Positions 20,242 through 30,848 of a DNA stretch of 64,000 bases are shown here, one piece after another (within the stretch, counting starts at the first letter, position 1; every line of letters begins with the position of its first letter). The notes below the pieces were generated by a model. That model did not search any database, had not been told where the DNA came from, and saw nothing but the letters and a program-made list of their open reading frames with translations. The DNA is from Candidatus Cyclobacteriaceae bacterium M2_1C_046 (lineage in GTDB: Bacteria; Bacteroidota; Bacteroidia; Cytophagales; Cyclobacteriaceae), in assembly GCA_051418055.1 (NCBI GenBank), contig JBPRGH010000136.1, forward strand, positions 24,507 through 88,506, read 5' to 3'. Position numbers and translations under genes: made by a program.

Positions 20242-20856
20242 TTATGAATTTGTATCAAATGTAACGTCCTCATTCCATTCGAGAGTATTAATCAGATGAA
20301 TAATATCCTTTTTAATAAAATCAATGGCAGGAGCCAAAGAGTCATTGCTTACTTTGGTATTAAAATAAAGTGCTCCGCGAAGAAAATGCCTGGTGGAATC
20401 TGTAGTATAAAACTGGAACTGACTTGGCATTTCACCCTCCAACTCTGCAATAGAAGCCACCTTTCCGGAAGGTGTGGTAATGATGATATCATCAATTGCC
20501 TGTGCTTTAACCTGGTGCTTGCTGGTAAGGAAATAAGCATCTTTAAGTAATTCCTTCAGAGTTTCTTCGCCCTCAATGGGCTTATAAGTGATGTGGATAT
20601 TGCCCATTAAATCCGGATAATATAGTTCTGTAAAATAACGTCCGGATATCCAGGTGGTATCATCAAGCAGTCTGGCATGAGTGGAGTATTCGAAATGATA
20701 TGGTAATGTATCCGGCAATGGCTGATAACTGTGCTCAGGCAGGTCAAACCGATTGAATCCTTTGGGTTTTGGGAGATAATCAGATTCTCCGCAGGCCAAT
20801 AATAAGCACGTAATAAATAAGAAACTTAATATATTAATCAATGAATTTATCTTCAT
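20242..20856 (-). CDS. gldD: Gliding motility lipoprotein GldD
   Basis: Lipobox LLACG, then [22 protein letters not shown]...PYHFEYS, which is typical of GldD. It lies directly downstream of gldE and overlaps it by 23 nt. Confidence 0.8.
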   Translation of the reverse strand: MKINSLINILSFLFITCLLLACGESDYLPKPKGFNRFDLPEHSYQPLPDTLPYHFEYSTHARLLDDTTWISGRYFTELYYPDLMGNIHITYKPIEGEETLKELLKDAYFLTSKHQVKAQAIDDIIITTPSGKVASIAELEGEMPSQFQFYTTDSTRHFLRGALYFNTKVSNDSLAPAIDFIKKDIIHLINTLEWNEDVTFDTNS

Positions 20857-22192
20857 CTTTTTGAGGCTCTTCTTTCAAAAATACCCGAATTCGTTTTATT
20901 CGACGCTGGTCTACAGATACAACCGTAAAGACAAACCTGTCGAAAATTATTTTTTCACCAGCATTTGGAAGTTTATTATGTATTTCAAGCAATAGGCCCC
21001 CAAGGGATTCGCTTTCTCCTTTTACCTTCTCGAAAGTGCCGGGATTTACTTCCGTAACTTTACAGAAGTCGTTAAGGGATGTCTTACCCTCAAAAATATA
21101 CGTGCTTTCGTCAAGTTTATTGTAAGCGATCTCATCCTCATCAAACTCATCATTTATTTCACCAACAATTTCTTCAATTATATCTTCTAATGTGATAAGC
21201 CCGGAAGTTCCGCCATATTCATCAACCACAATGGCCATATGAACACGTTTCTCCTGAAAATCTTTTAACAGCGAATCAATTTTTTTCGTTTCGGGAACAA
21301 AAAATCCCTGCCGTAATAATTTCTGCCATTGAAAGTGCTCTTCTTCAGAAATGAAAGGTAAAAGATCCTTTACATAAAGAAGACCTTCAATATTATCTAT
21401 TGTTTCATTATAAACAGGCACTCTGGAATAACCGCTTTTATTTATCTTATCCATAAGCTCATGAAAATCCATTTCAATATCAAAAGCCGTGATATCCATA
21501 CGGGATTTCATGATTTGCTTAACAGTAAGAGTACTAAAATTTACTATTCCTTTTAATATATCTTTCTCCTCTTCCGTGGTCTCTTCACCTTTAGTGGTAA
21601 TCTCCAGCGCCTGGTGCAGCTCTTCCACTGAAATATCATAACCTCTCTTTTGAAATCTTTTTTCAATAACCCCACTCATGCTCATGAGTGGATACGAAAG
21701 AGGGCGCAGGACAACTTCGGCACCTTTTAAGGCACCCGCCGTTATCCTTGCCAGATGGAGATTGTTTTGAGTAGCATAAACCTTTGGCATTACCTCCCCA
21801 AAAAATATTATTGATAAAGAAACAGTGACTGTAAGAACAGCAACCACTGTACCTTCTGTAGTACGGCTGCCGGTGATTTCCCATGTTGCAAATGTTGCAA
21901 GTGTTACAATAGCAACATTTACAAAATTATTTAGGATCAATATAGTTGCTAACAAATGCTTAGGCTTTGTAACAAGGTAAAGGATCTTTTTATCATTGCT
22001 CTTTTCACTTTCCTTGCACTCATTGATATCATTGGCAGATAATGAAAAAAAGGCAACTTCAGATCCGGAGACCAAAGCACTGACACAAAGCAACAGGAGT
22101 AGTATTAATAAACTACCGGCGATAAATAAAGAATCTCCGTTAAGTATTTGTGCTAACAGCTGACTCGGAGGTTCATCAAGAGTAGTTTCCAC
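20834..22192 (-). CDS. gldE: Gliding motility protein GldE (DUF21/CNNM TM domain, CBS pair, CorC_HlyC)
   Basis: Architecture of the CorC/HlyC family. Its position between ssb and gldD matches the known gldE context. Confidence 0.8.
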   Translation of the reverse strand: METTLDEPPSQLLAQILNGDSLFIAGSLLILLLLLCVSALVSGSEVAFFSLSANDINECKESEKSNDKKILYLVTKPKHLLATILILNNFVNVAIVTLATFATWEITGSRTTEGTVVAVLTVTVSLSIIFFGEVMPKVYATQNNLHLARITAGALKGAEVVLRPLSYPLMSMSGVIEKRFQKRGYDISVEELHQALEITTKGEETTEEEKDILKGIVNFSTLTVKQIMKSRMDITAFDIEMDFHELMDKINKSGYSRVPVYNETIDNIEGLLYVKDLLPFISEEEHFQWQKLLRQGFFVPETKKIDSLLKDFQEKRVHMAIVVDEYGGTSGLITLEDIIEEIVGEINDEFDEDEIAYNKLDESTYIFEGKTSLNDFCKVTEVNPGTFEKVKGESESLGGLLLEIHNKLPNAGEKIIFDRFVFTVVSVDQRRIKRIRVFLKEEPQKDEDKFID

Positions 22193-22213
22193 TAATTAGT
22201 ATTTAATTCGAAT

Positions 22214-22675
22214 TTAAAACGGCAAATCATCCGTTTCATTATCTGGTATACTTGATTCCTGAGAGGAAGAATAATCAGATTCCCTTTTTGCGTTGGATGA
22301 TCCGGCTGCTTCAGGAGCATAATTTTCGGAGCTACCACTGCTTCCTTTCGGGCTAAGCATTGTCATGTTATCTCCAACTATCTCTGTAGTGTAGCGGGTA
22401 ACATTATCCTTCTCCCATGAACGGGTGCGTAATTTACCTTCAATATAAACCATGTCACCTTTCTTAAGGTATTTTTCAGCGACTTCAGCAAGTCCTCTCC
22501 AAAGCACCACATTATGCCATTCGGTAATCTCCTTACGTTCACCAGTTGTTCTGTCTTTATATGTTTCTGATGTTGCAACAGAAAAACTTGCTACAGCTAC
22601 ACCACTTTCCAGATGACGTACTTCAGGATCTTTTCCTAAACGCCCCACTAATATCACTTTGTTAACACCTGACAT
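22214..22675 (-). CDS. ssb: Single-stranded DNA-binding protein
   Basis: OB-fold sequence ([14 protein letters not shown]...WHNVVLW), a Gly/Ser-rich linker and the acidic tip DDLPF. Confidence 0.95.
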   Translation of the reverse strand: MSGVNKVILVGRLGKDPEVRHLESGVAVASFSVATSETYKDRTTGERKEITEWHNVVLWRGLAEVAEKYLKKGDMVYIEGKLRTRSWEKDNVTRYTTEIVGDNMTMLSPKGSSGSSENYAPEAAGSSNAKRESDYSSSQESSIPDNETDDLPF

Positions 22676-22850
22676 AAACGAAATATAAATTATAAATGCA
22701 AAACTATTGATTTTTTAAATGTACAAAAAATTCTTCAAAGAATACCCGTAGTAAATAGGTGATTTATTATAAAAATTAAAGCATAAATACATGAGCGGTA
22801 GAACTAATTAAAATACTTCTTACGTTATTTGCATGTTAAAACATTGATCT

Positions 22851-23915
22851 ATGGGGTCGACAGTGAAAAAAATAATAATAGCAGCAATAGTTTTAGGCTG
22901 CCTTGCATTTATACTAATACCGGAAATAATAGAAAAAGAAAACTCCGAAGATTCAACCAATAATGTTGCCGTGGCGCCTGCAGGTCTTCCTGTAGAAGGA
23001 ATAGTGATTGAAGATGTTGCACTGGATAATAATCTGAAAGCCACCGGTTCACTTCTTGCTAATGAGTCAGTAATATTAAGATCTGAAGTCTCCGGATTAA
23101 TAGAGAATATTTATTTTTCAGAAGGACAACGTGTAAAAAAAGGACAGCTGCTTGTTCAGTTAACGGATGATGAAATACAGGCGGAAATCGAAAAACTAAG
23201 GCATACACGTAAGTTAAATGAATCAATAGAATCGCGGCAAAAACAATTATTGGCTAAAGATGCTATCAGCCAGGAGGAATATGAAACCGCCCAGACAACA
23301 TTGAGCACTATCGTTGCGGATCTGCGGCTTAAGGAGGTACAATTAAATAAGAGATATATCCGCGCACCCTTTGACGGAATAGTTGGATTAAGGAGTGTTA
23401 GTGAAGGCAGTTACCTTACTCCATCTGAAAATATAGCCACTATATACAATATAAATCCAATTAAAATAGATTTTTCCGTCCCGGGGAAATATGCCTCGGA
23501 AGTTAATGTAGGGGACAAAATTTCTTTTAAAGTTGATGGAATAGCAGAATCACAAAACGGAACGATCTATGCAGTAGAGCCTCAAATTGATCCTGAAACC
23601 CGTACCTTAAAGATTCGCGCATTGAGTGAAAATGAAAATGCAGAACTACTGCCGGGACAGTTTGCCACAATTCAGCTGACACTCGAAACTTATGACAATA
23701 CAATAATGATCCCAACTCAGGCAATAATTCCGGAGATGGATGGAATAAAGGTTTTTATTTATGAAGGGGGAAAAGCAGTAACCCGGCAGATAAAGACAGG
23801 AATACGTACGGCAGATAAAATACAGGTGTTGGAGGGTTTATCACACGGAGATACAGTAATTACAACCGGCACATTACAGATGAGACCAGGTATGGACATA
23901 ACAGTTAATTTGTAA
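22851..23915 (+). CDS. RND efflux periplasmic adaptor (membrane fusion protein)
   Basis: N-terminal anchor, lipoyl/hairpin pattern (GQRVKKGQLLVQL...YIRAPFDGIVG). It immediately precedes the RND pump gene. Confidence 0.9.
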   Translation: MGSTVKKIIIAAIVLGCLAFILIPEIIEKENSEDSTNNVAVAPAGLPVEGIVIEDVALDNNLKATGSLLANESVILRSEVSGLIENIYFSEGQRVKKGQLLVQLTDDEIQAEIEKLRHTRKLNESIESRQKQLLAKDAISQEEYETAQTTLSTIVADLRLKEVQLNKRYIRAPFDGIVGLRSVSEGSYLTPSENIATIYNINPIKIDFSVPGKYASEVNVGDKISFKVDGIAESQNGTIYAVEPQIDPETRTLKIRALSENENAELLPGQFATIQLTLETYDNTIMIPTQAIIPEMDGIKVFIYEGGKAVTRQIKTGIRTADKIQVLEGLSHGDTVITTGTLQMRPGMDITVNL

Positions 23916-23925
23916 GAGGGAATAG

Positions 23926-26900
23926 ATGAGCAGCTTATCAGATATAAGTATTGACCGCCCGGTTCTGGCGATTGTAATGTCAATCGTTATTGTGATCTTT
24001 GGCCTGGTTGGGTTCAACTTTTTAGGTGTACGGGAATATCCAAGTGTTGATCCTCCAATTATTACTGTCTCCACAAGTTATCCCGGGGCAAGTGCCGATA
24101 TTATCGAAACACAAATCACCGAGCCTCTTGAGGAATCAGTTAATGGAATTGAGGGCATCAAATCACTGAGCTCAGTCTCCAGGGATGGAAGGAGCACGAT
24201 AACAGTAGAGTTTGGACTGGATTCAGATCTTGAAGCTGCGGCCAATGATGTTAGGGATAAAGTTTCTCAGGCCGTTAGAAGGCTTCCTCCCGATGCCGAC
24301 CCGCCGGTGGTTTCAAAAGCGGATGCAGACTCACAGCCAATTATCGCATTACGTATATTTAGCCAGGAGCGGAATCTGCTGGAAATGTCTGAAATAGCTG
24401 ATAATCTTTTTAAAGAAAATTTTCAGACTATTGCAGGTGTAAGCTCTGTAATGATCTGGGGGGAAAAAAGATACTCTATCAGGTTGTGGATGGATCCGGA
24501 TAAGCTTGCTGCCTATCGCATTACTCCATTGGAAGTATATGAAGCTGTAAATGCTCAAAACCTCGAGTTGCCTTCGGGACGTATTGAAGGGTCTTCTACT
24601 GAGCTAACGGTAAGGACCCTCGGCAGGTTAAATACTCCTGAAGAATTTAACAGTTTAATAATCCGTGAGGATGATTCCGGCGTGATCAGATTTACAGATA
24701 TAGGACGAGCTGAATTCTTTCCTGAAAATGACCGTACGGTTCTAAAAACCAATAGTATACCTATGGTAATAACGGCTATTGTGCCACAACCTGGATCTAA
24801 TAATCTGGAGATTGCCGAATCCTTTTATGAACGACTTGAAAGAATTAAAACAAATCTTCCCACAGATATTGAAGTAGCTGTCGCATTTGATAATACGACT
24901 TATATTAAAGATTCTATTAATGAGGTGCAGCAAACAATTTTGGTGGCCTTTATACTGGTTGTACTTATTATTTTTCTTTTCCTCAGAGATTGGCGTACTA
25001 CATTTATTCCGGTTATCACAGTACCAATTGCATTAATAGGATCATTTTTCTTAATGTATATTTTTGGTTTTTCAATAAATGTACTGACGCTGCTGGGGAT
25101 AGTCCTGGCTATAGGTCTTGTTGTTGATGATGCCATTGTGGTACTTGAAAATATTTATACAAAAATTGAAGGTGGAGAGGATCCGGAGAAGGCCGGGAAG
25201 CTGGGGACAAAAGAAATTTTCTTTGCCGTTATCTCTACTACAGTAGCGCTTACCGCTGTTTTCTTTCCCATAATATTCCTTCAGGGAATCACCGGAAGAC
25301 TGTTTCGAGAGTTTGGTGTAGTGGTTGCGGGTTCAGTTATTATATCAAGCTTTGTTGCGCTTACTCTTGCGCCGATGCTTTCAAGCCGTCTGCTAAAAAG
25401 ACGTGAAAGACATAACTGGTTTTACCGGAAAACAGAACCTTTCTTTTTAAAATTAAATGATTTGTATGGGTCAGCACTGGAAGGATTTATGCGTTATCGC
25501 TGGATGGCTTTTGTGATCATATTTTTATCTGGCGGCGCAATTTATCTTCTGATAAAACAAGTGCCTGAAGAGCTGGCACCTCTTGAAGACAGAGGGACCT
25601 TTAGAATTATTGCCTCAGGGCCTGAGGGGGCTACATTTGAATATATGGATTTCTATGTAGATCAGGTGGTGGATGTTTTGAGGGATAAGATACCTGAATC
25701 AGAATCTGTTGTCTCTGTTACAAGCCCGGGCTTTGGTGCATCATCTTCGGTTAATTCGGCTTTTATAATCGTAAAATTAAAAGACGCAGAGGACAGGAAA
25801 CGTACGCAAAATGAAATTGTGGAGGCTATAAAACCTGTTGTTTCGCAAAATACAAGGGCAAGAGCATTTGTAACACAGCCAGAAACAATTGGAGGCCGAC
25901 GAGGCGGAGGCTTACCGGTGCAGTATGTACTGCAGGCTCCTAATCTCGATAAGTTAAAAGAGGTTATTCCAGAATTTATCGAGCAGGCACAGCTTTCGGG
26001 AGCTTTTGATTATGTGGATGTGGACCTAAAATTTAATAAGCCGGAAATAAATGTTGAAATAGACAGGGATAAAGCTCAGAATCTTGGAGTGTCAATAAGA
26101 AATATTGCTCAAACATTACAGTTAGGTTTATCTGGTCAGCGATTCGGATATTTTGTTAAGGATGGAAAGCAGTATTATGTAATAGGTCAGGTTGAGCGGC
26201 AGGATAGAAATGACCCTCTTGATCTAAAATCAATCCATATAAAAACGCAGTCAGGGAAAGTGGTCCAGATGGATAATCTGGTGAATATGGATGAAAAGAT
26301 AACACCACCACAGCTTTACAGGTATAATCGATTTGCTTCAGCTACTATTTCAGCGAGTTTGGCGTCAGGGGTTACTCTCGGTGAAGGTATTGATGTAATG
26401 GATCAGGTGGCCTCAAATGTACTGGATGATTCTTTTAGTACAGCTCTGGCGGGTACATCTTTGGAGTATCAGGAATCTGCAGGCAATTTAAATTTTGCCT
26501 TTGCTTTTGCTCTGATCCTAATATACCTGGTATTAGCTGCACAATTCGAAAGCTTTCGCGATCCATTTATAATAATGTTTACAGTACCGCTGGCATTAGC
26601 GGGTACCCTGCTGACCCTGTGGATGTTTGATGAAACACTAAATATCTTTAGCCAGATAGGTATAATAATGCTGATAGGATTGGTAACAAAGAATGGTATA
26701 TTAATTGTTGAGTTTGCCAACCAGCGTAAAGCACATGATATGTCTCTTACTGAAGCTATTGTAGGAGCTGCTAAAGCTAGATTCCGGCCAATTTTAATGA
26801 CAAGCCTCTCTACAATACTCGGAATTTTACCAATTGCCCTGGCGCTGGGAGCCGGAGCGGAAAGCAGGGTTTCAATGGGAATTGCTGTTATAGGAGGGAT

Positions 26901-26988
26901 GATATTCGCAACAGTGCTTACGCTTTTCGTTATCCCGGCAGTATACTCCTACATAAGCAGCACACAAAAACGCAAGTCACGTTTATGA
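23926..26988 (+). CDS. RND family efflux permease (AcrB/HAE1-like)
   Basis: 1020 aa. SIDRPVLAIVMSIVI start, 12-TM layout with two large periplasmic loops, and conserved GLVVDDAIVVLENI. Confidence 0.95.
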   Translation: MSSLSDISIDRPVLAIVMSIVIVIFGLVGFNFLGVREYPSVDPPIITVSTSYPGASADIIETQITEPLEESVNGIEGIKSLSSVSRDGRSTITVEFGLDSDLEAAANDVRDKVSQAVRRLPPDADPPVVSKADADSQPIIALRIFSQERNLLEMSEIADNLFKENFQTIAGVSSVMIWGEKRYSIRLWMDPDKLAAYRITPLEVYEAVNAQNLELPSGRIEGSSTELTVRTLGRLNTPEEFNSLIIREDDSGVIRFTDIGRAEFFPENDRTVLKTNSIPMVITAIVPQPGSNNLEIAESFYERLERIKTNLPTDIEVAVAFDNTTYIKDSINEVQQTILVAFILVVLIIFLFLRDWRTTFIPVITVPIALIGSFFLMYIFGFSINVLTLLGIVLAIGLVVDDAIVVLENIYTKIEGGEDPEKAGKLGTKEIFFAVISTTVALTAVFFPIIFLQGITGRLFREFGVVVAGSVIISSFVALTLAPMLSSRLLKRRERHNWFYRKTEPFFLKLNDLYGSALEGFMRYRWMAFVIIFLSGGAIYLLIKQVPEELAPLEDRGTFRIIASGPEGATFEYMDFYVDQVVDVLRDKIPESESVVSVTSPGFGASSSVNSAFIIVKLKDAEDRKRTQNEIVEAIKPVVSQNTRARAFVTQPETIGGRRGGGLPVQYVLQAPNLDKLKEVIPEFIEQAQLSGAFDYVDVDLKFNKPEINVEIDRDKAQNLGVSIRNIAQTLQLGLSGQRFGYFVKDGKQYYVIGQVERQDRNDPLDLKSIHIKTQSGKVVQMDNLVNMDEKITPPQLYRYNRFASATISASLASGVTLGEGIDVMDQVASNVLDDSFSTALAGTSLEYQESAGNLNFAFAFALILIYLVLAAQFESFRDPFIIMFTVPLALAGTLLTLWMFDETLNIFSQIGIIMLIGLVTKNGILIVEFANQRKAHDMSLTEAIVGAAKARFRPILMTSLSTILGILPIALALGAGAESRVSMGIAVIGGMIFATVLTLFVIPAVYSYISSTQKRKSRL

Positions 26989-28292
26989 TGAGAATTTTAA
27001 TAGTATTTATCTTTTTGTTAAAGGCAGTTACAGCTTCAGCGCAGGATTCTTTAACCCTTGAGCAGGCGATAGAGGCTGCTTTGTATAATAACTATGCAAT
27101 ACAAATAGCCGATAATGATCTTCAAATAGCCGCTAATAATGTTACCAGGGGAAATGCCGGATTTTTGCCGATAGTAGACCTTACTGCCTCACAAAATAAT
27201 TCTGTAGTAAATGGTGAGCAGATCATTGGGCCGGATGTCAGGGAGATAGATGGCAGAAAGAATAAATCAACAGTGGTAGGCGGTGTTATAGACTGGACTA
27301 TCTTTGACGGAAGACGCATGTTTTTTAATTATGACAGGTTGAAAACCATACGCTCCCAGGCCGAAGCAGACCTTCAGCTACAAATCGAAACAATCATCTA
27401 CAATATAACCACCACATTCTATTTAACTGCCCTTGAGCAGGAAAGGATGAATTCTTTCAAAAGTAACCTTGCGCTTTCTGAAGAACGCACTTCTTTGGCT
27501 AAAGACCTTTATGAAGTAGGTCGCGCCTCAAAGCTGGAATGGCTACAGGCACAGGTAGATCTTAATGCTGATAAATCGGTTATCTTGCGGCAGCAGGATC
27601 TTTTAGCGACACGTAAATACGAGCTTCTTCAGCTAATGGCTGTAGATGACACTATCGATTTTGTAATCAATTATAAAATAAAGCTTGATGAGCCATTGAA
27701 TCTGCAGGTGCTTTTAGATCAGATGGAAACGCAAAATAAACAATTAGTATCTTTCCGCCGTGCAATGGAAATAGCGGCGACAAATGAAAAAATTATAAAG
27801 TCAAACATGCTGCCTTCCCTGGCGGTATTTACAGGATATAATTATTCAGAAATTCAAAGAGCCGTAGGATTTGCTTTTACTAGTAATACTACCGACTGGT
27901 CTTATGGATTTACTGCTCGCTTAAGGATTTTCGATGGATTTAATGTAAGAAGAGAAATAGAGAATTCACAGATCCAGATGGAGAATGTTCAGCTTCAGCT
28001 TGAAAACCAAAAGCTATCCTTAATTACAAGGATGAAATCTACATATATCAGCCTTGAGAACAACCGGCAGCTAATGGAGCTTGAGCGGGAAAATTTTGAA
28101 GTGGCTCGTGAGAATAATGAAATAGCGCAGGAAAGATACCGAATAGGCCGTTCTAATGCGCTGGAGCTTAGAGAAGCGCAGGTTAATCTTATAAATGCTG
28201 AGATCCGTTTGCAAAATGCTGTTTTCGAAGCTAAACTGGATGAAGCTGAACTGAGGTTTCTTGCCGGCGATTTGCTTGAGGAGGCTAAATAA
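26985..28292 (+). CDS. TolC-family outer membrane efflux protein
   Basis: Signal peptide. Two-repeat OEP pattern (LTLEQAIEAALYNNYAIQ...). Its start overlaps the pump stop by 4 nt. Confidence 0.9.
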   Translation: MMRILIVFIFLLKAVTASAQDSLTLEQAIEAALYNNYAIQIADNDLQIAANNVTRGNAGFLPIVDLTASQNNSVVNGEQIIGPDVREIDGRKNKSTVVGGVIDWTIFDGRRMFFNYDRLKTIRSQAEADLQLQIETIIYNITTTFYLTALEQERMNSFKSNLALSEERTSLAKDLYEVGRASKLEWLQAQVDLNADKSVILRQQDLLATRKYELLQLMAVDDTIDFVINYKIKLDEPLNLQVLLDQMETQNKQLVSFRRAMEIAATNEKIIKSNMLPSLAVFTGYNYSEIQRAVGFAFTSNTTDWSYGFTARLRIFDGFNVRREIENSQIQMENVQLQLENQKLSLITRMKSTYISLENNRQLMELERENFEVARENNEIAQERYRIGRSNALELREAQVNLINAEIRLQNAVFEAKLDEAELRFLAGDLLEEAK

Positions 28293-29427
28293 AGTTCATC
28301 TTCAACAGATAGTTATGTATCAGTACCGGCTTTGGTAATTCCATAATTTCCTCCCACGAAAAAAACTTAAGGTTTTGATCCTGATAGCCGAAATCTTCCG
28401 GTAGCTGCTCTTTGGTTAAGTGAATAAAAGAAACCTCCAGCTTCTGATGGGATAAAATATGTTTTACCGGCGAGGAGTGATAAATTTCGATGGGTTCATT
28501 GACCAGAGGCTTTATTAATGGATCCTCAGTAATAAAGGAAATATCATTAACCTGCTCAGCATCTATCCATAAAAAGTCGTATAATTCGGTCCAGATATCT
28601 CCGGCAGTTCTTTTTTTCATAAGGCATCCTTCTTCATTATGTATCACTACATAAAAGAATTTTCTGCTACGAACTTTGGTTTTTTTCGATTTGACCGGCA
28701 GAGAAGACTGGTTACGATGTTCAAAAGCATAGCAATATTCTGAAAAAATACATGATTCGCATTTCGGTTTTTTTGGTAGGCAAACAGTAGCCCCAAATTC
28801 CATAATTGCCTGATTATAGAGATCAGGTTCATCTATTGGCATTAGCTTTTCAGAAAAAATTTTAAAAAATTTTGCAGACGAGGGTTTGGAGATATCTTCT
28901 TTTATTCCAAAGATCCTTGAGAGTACACGGTAAACATTACCGTCAACAACCGCCACTTTCTCCTTAAAAGAAAAGGAAGCTATTGCTGCAGCAGTATATG
29001 GGCCTACTCCTGGCAGCTTCAAAAGATCATCAAAATTTTCAGGAAATTTTCCCTGAAGTTCATATGCCACCATTCGGGCACATTTTATTAGGTTTCTTGC
29101 CCGGGAATAATAACCTAAGCCCTGCCAAATTCTAAGGACCTCATCGTCTTCCGCTTCCGCAAGATCTTGTAAAGTTGGGAACCGGTCGATAAATTTTTCA
29201 AAGTAAGGAAGGCCCTGGGCCACTCTTGTCTGCTGTAAAATAATTTCCGAGAGCCAGATTTTATAAGGTTCTCTAATATTACGCCACGGCAGCGGCCTGT
29301 AAATGCTTTTATACCAATTAATTAACTTTTTATCAAATTCCCGAAACTTCACTACACCCTTTTTGGTTATAAGGTTACTTATCAATAGATTGCGCCCAAT
29401 TTGCGCAAAAAAGTGAACCTTTTGCAA
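28285..29427 (-). CDS. mutY: A/G-specific adenine DNA glycosylase MutY (start uncertain)
   Basis: LINWY...RPLPWR, HhH-GPD (LPGVGPYTAAAI), a 4Fe-4S cluster loop (CLPKKPKCESCIFSEYC) and a NUDIX-like C-terminal domain. Family N-termini usually begin near KFREFDKKLINWY, so the in-frame GTG at 29352 is a plausible true start. Confidence 0.9.
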   Translation of the reverse strand: MQKVHFFAQIGRNLLISNLITKKGVVKFREFDKKLINWYKSIYRPLPWRNIREPYKIWLSEIILQQTRVAQGLPYFEKFIDRFPTLQDLAEAEDDEVLRIWQGLGYYSRARNLIKCARMVAYELQGKFPENFDDLLKLPGVGPYTAAAIASFSFKEKVAVVDGNVYRVLSRIFGIKEDISKPSSAKFFKIFSEKLMPIDEPDLYNQAIMEFGATVCLPKKPKCESCIFSEYCYAFEHRNQSSLPVKSKKTKVRSRKFFYVVIHNEEGCLMKKRTAGDIWTELYDFLWIDAEQVNDISFITEDPLIKPLVNEPIEIYHSSPVKHILSHQKLEVSFIHLTKEQLPEDFGYQDQNLKFFSWEEIMELPKPVLIHNYLLKMNFI

Positions 29428-29461
29428 AGGTCAAAGTTAACTTTAAAAAACAGGAATAATT

Positions 29462-29764
29462 GTGACAAAGGCGGAAGTAATATCAGAAATAGCAGAAAAG
29501 ACAGGAATCGACAAGGCAGATGTGGCTACTTCGGTAGAGGCATTCTTTGCTGTAGTTAAAGATTCTATGGCTGAAGGACAAAACATATACGTTAGAGGTT
29601 TTGGCAGCTTTGTTAATAAAAAACGTAAAAAGAAGATAGCCCGAAATATTTCAAAAAATACGGCTATTGTTATTGACGAGCATTTTGTGCCAAGCTTTAA
29701 ACCCTCTAAAGTGTTTATTGACAAAATCAAGAAAAGCAAGAAAGTCAAAGAAGCAAATACATAA
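29462..29764 (+). CDS. hup: HU/IHF-family DNA-binding protein (GTG start)
   Basis: TKAEVISEIAEKTGIDKADV...VRGFGSF...PSFKPSK is a canonical HU fold sequence. A Lys-rich tail follows. Confidence 0.9.
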   Translation: MTKAEVISEIAEKTGIDKADVATSVEAFFAVVKDSMAEGQNIYVRGFGSFVNKKRKKKIARNISKNTAIVIDEHFVPSFKPSKVFIDKIKKSKKVKEANT

Positions 29765-29808
29765 CATTTTTTTGAGCTAACTTTGCCACCGGTAAAGGAG
29801 AATAGTGT

Positions 29809-30615
29809 ATGAAAGCAAAAATAGTGGTGCTACTGGTAGCAGTGGTCTTAGTAGTTCTTATGTTTCAGCTGCCACGTGTCGTAGTTGACAATGATCGGGA
29901 GTTGGAACCACAGACAGCCTCTTTAGAGCCTCAGGGAAACACACCTCATTCAACATTAACAGATCCGGCTGTTGTAAATCAGGTGGATTCTGTAAAACGT
30001 CTTTGGAATTTTGATAATTATTCAGAAAAAAATGCTAGCTTTGCAAGCTATTTGGCAAATCAGTATTTGGCCCTTAGTCAGTACGATAGCGCCATCAGGT
30101 ACTTTGAATGGTTGTTGGAGCATTTTCCTCAGGAGGAAACTCAATTAAAAACCGCAGAAGCGTATTATCAGGCTTTTGGCTTTGCCATGCAGCCGGAGAC
30201 ACGGAAGAAATATGCAGAACGGGCCCGGGCTTTATATCAGGATTTGTTAGAAGAAAATCCGGATGACCTGGCGATTAAAAATAAGCTGGCTATGACATAT
30301 ATGGCCAGTAACAACCCGATGCAGGGAATTGGGATGCTTCGCGAAATCGTGGCTTTGGATCCTGAAAATGCAGATGCCCTTTTGAACCTTGGTATATTGG
30401 CAATTCAGACCAGCCAGTATGGCCGTGCAGAGGAGCACCTGTCGCAGTTGATAAAATATCACCCTGAGCATTATCAGGGTCATCTTTTATTAGGTGCTGC
30501 AAAACTGGAGCATGGGCATAGGGAAGAGGCCAAACAACATTTTGAAATAGTAAAAGAAAAAGGTGATGACCCCGCACTTGTTGAAGCTGCGGAAAATTAT
30601 CTTCGAGATATATAA
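29809..30615 (+). CDS. TPR-repeat protein with N-terminal TM anchor
   Basis: TM segment VVLLVAVVLVVLMF followed by TPR-like repeats (DPENADALLNLGILAIQTSQYGRAEEHL). Confidence 0.7.
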   Translation: MKAKIVVLLVAVVLVVLMFQLPRVVVDNDRELEPQTASLEPQGNTPHSTLTDPAVVNQVDSVKRLWNFDNYSEKNASFASYLANQYLALSQYDSAIRYFEWLLEHFPQEETQLKTAEAYYQAFGFAMQPETRKKYAERARALYQDLLEENPDDLAIKNKLAMTYMASNNPMQGIGMLREIVALDPENADALLNLGILAIQTSQYGRAEEHLSQLIKYHPEHYQGHLLLGAAKLEHGHREEAKQHFEIVKEKGDDPALVEAAENYLRDI

Positions 30616-30668
30616 AAAAGTAATGTTTAACAGTTGGTAGTAAAAATACTGACATAAAGAAATTAAAT

Positions 30669-30758
30669 ATGCCTTGCGGTAAAAAAAGAAAGAAGCACAA
30701 GATCGCTACACACAAGCGTAAGAAAAGATTAAGAAAGAATCGTCACAAGAAAAAGTAA
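30669..30758 (+). CDS. 29-aa hyperbasic peptide, probable small ribosomal protein (bS22-like)
   Basis: Absent from the ORF track because it is too short. ATG 30669 to TAA 30756-30758 encodes MPCGKKRKKHKIATHKRKKRLRKNRHKKK. An intrinsic terminator follows immediately. Confidence 0.55.
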   Translation: MPCGKKRKKHKIATHKRKKRLRKNRHKKK

Positions 30759-30772
30759 TTTTTCTGATGTTT

Positions 30773-30798
30773 AGTGCCCGGTTATAGGGCACTTTTTA
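30773..30798 (+). terminator. Intrinsic terminator after the small basic ORF
   Basis: AGTGCCC-ggttata-GGGCACT followed by TTTT. Confidence 0.6.
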
Positions 30799-30848
30799 TT
30801 GTGTGATAAGCATTTAAGAAAATTTGTAGGGTTTTAAATTAAATAGTT

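Noticed and set aside
29443-29748. 101-aa minus-strand ORF almost exactly antisense to the HU gene
   Set aside because: The plus-strand frame is a canonical HU sequence. The antisense frame has no recognisable features and would leave no promoter space for mutY.
30290-30715. 141-aa minus-strand ORF overlapping the TPR gene and the small basic ORF
   Set aside because: It has no family resemblance and lies antisense to a coherent TPR frame. It is likely spurious.
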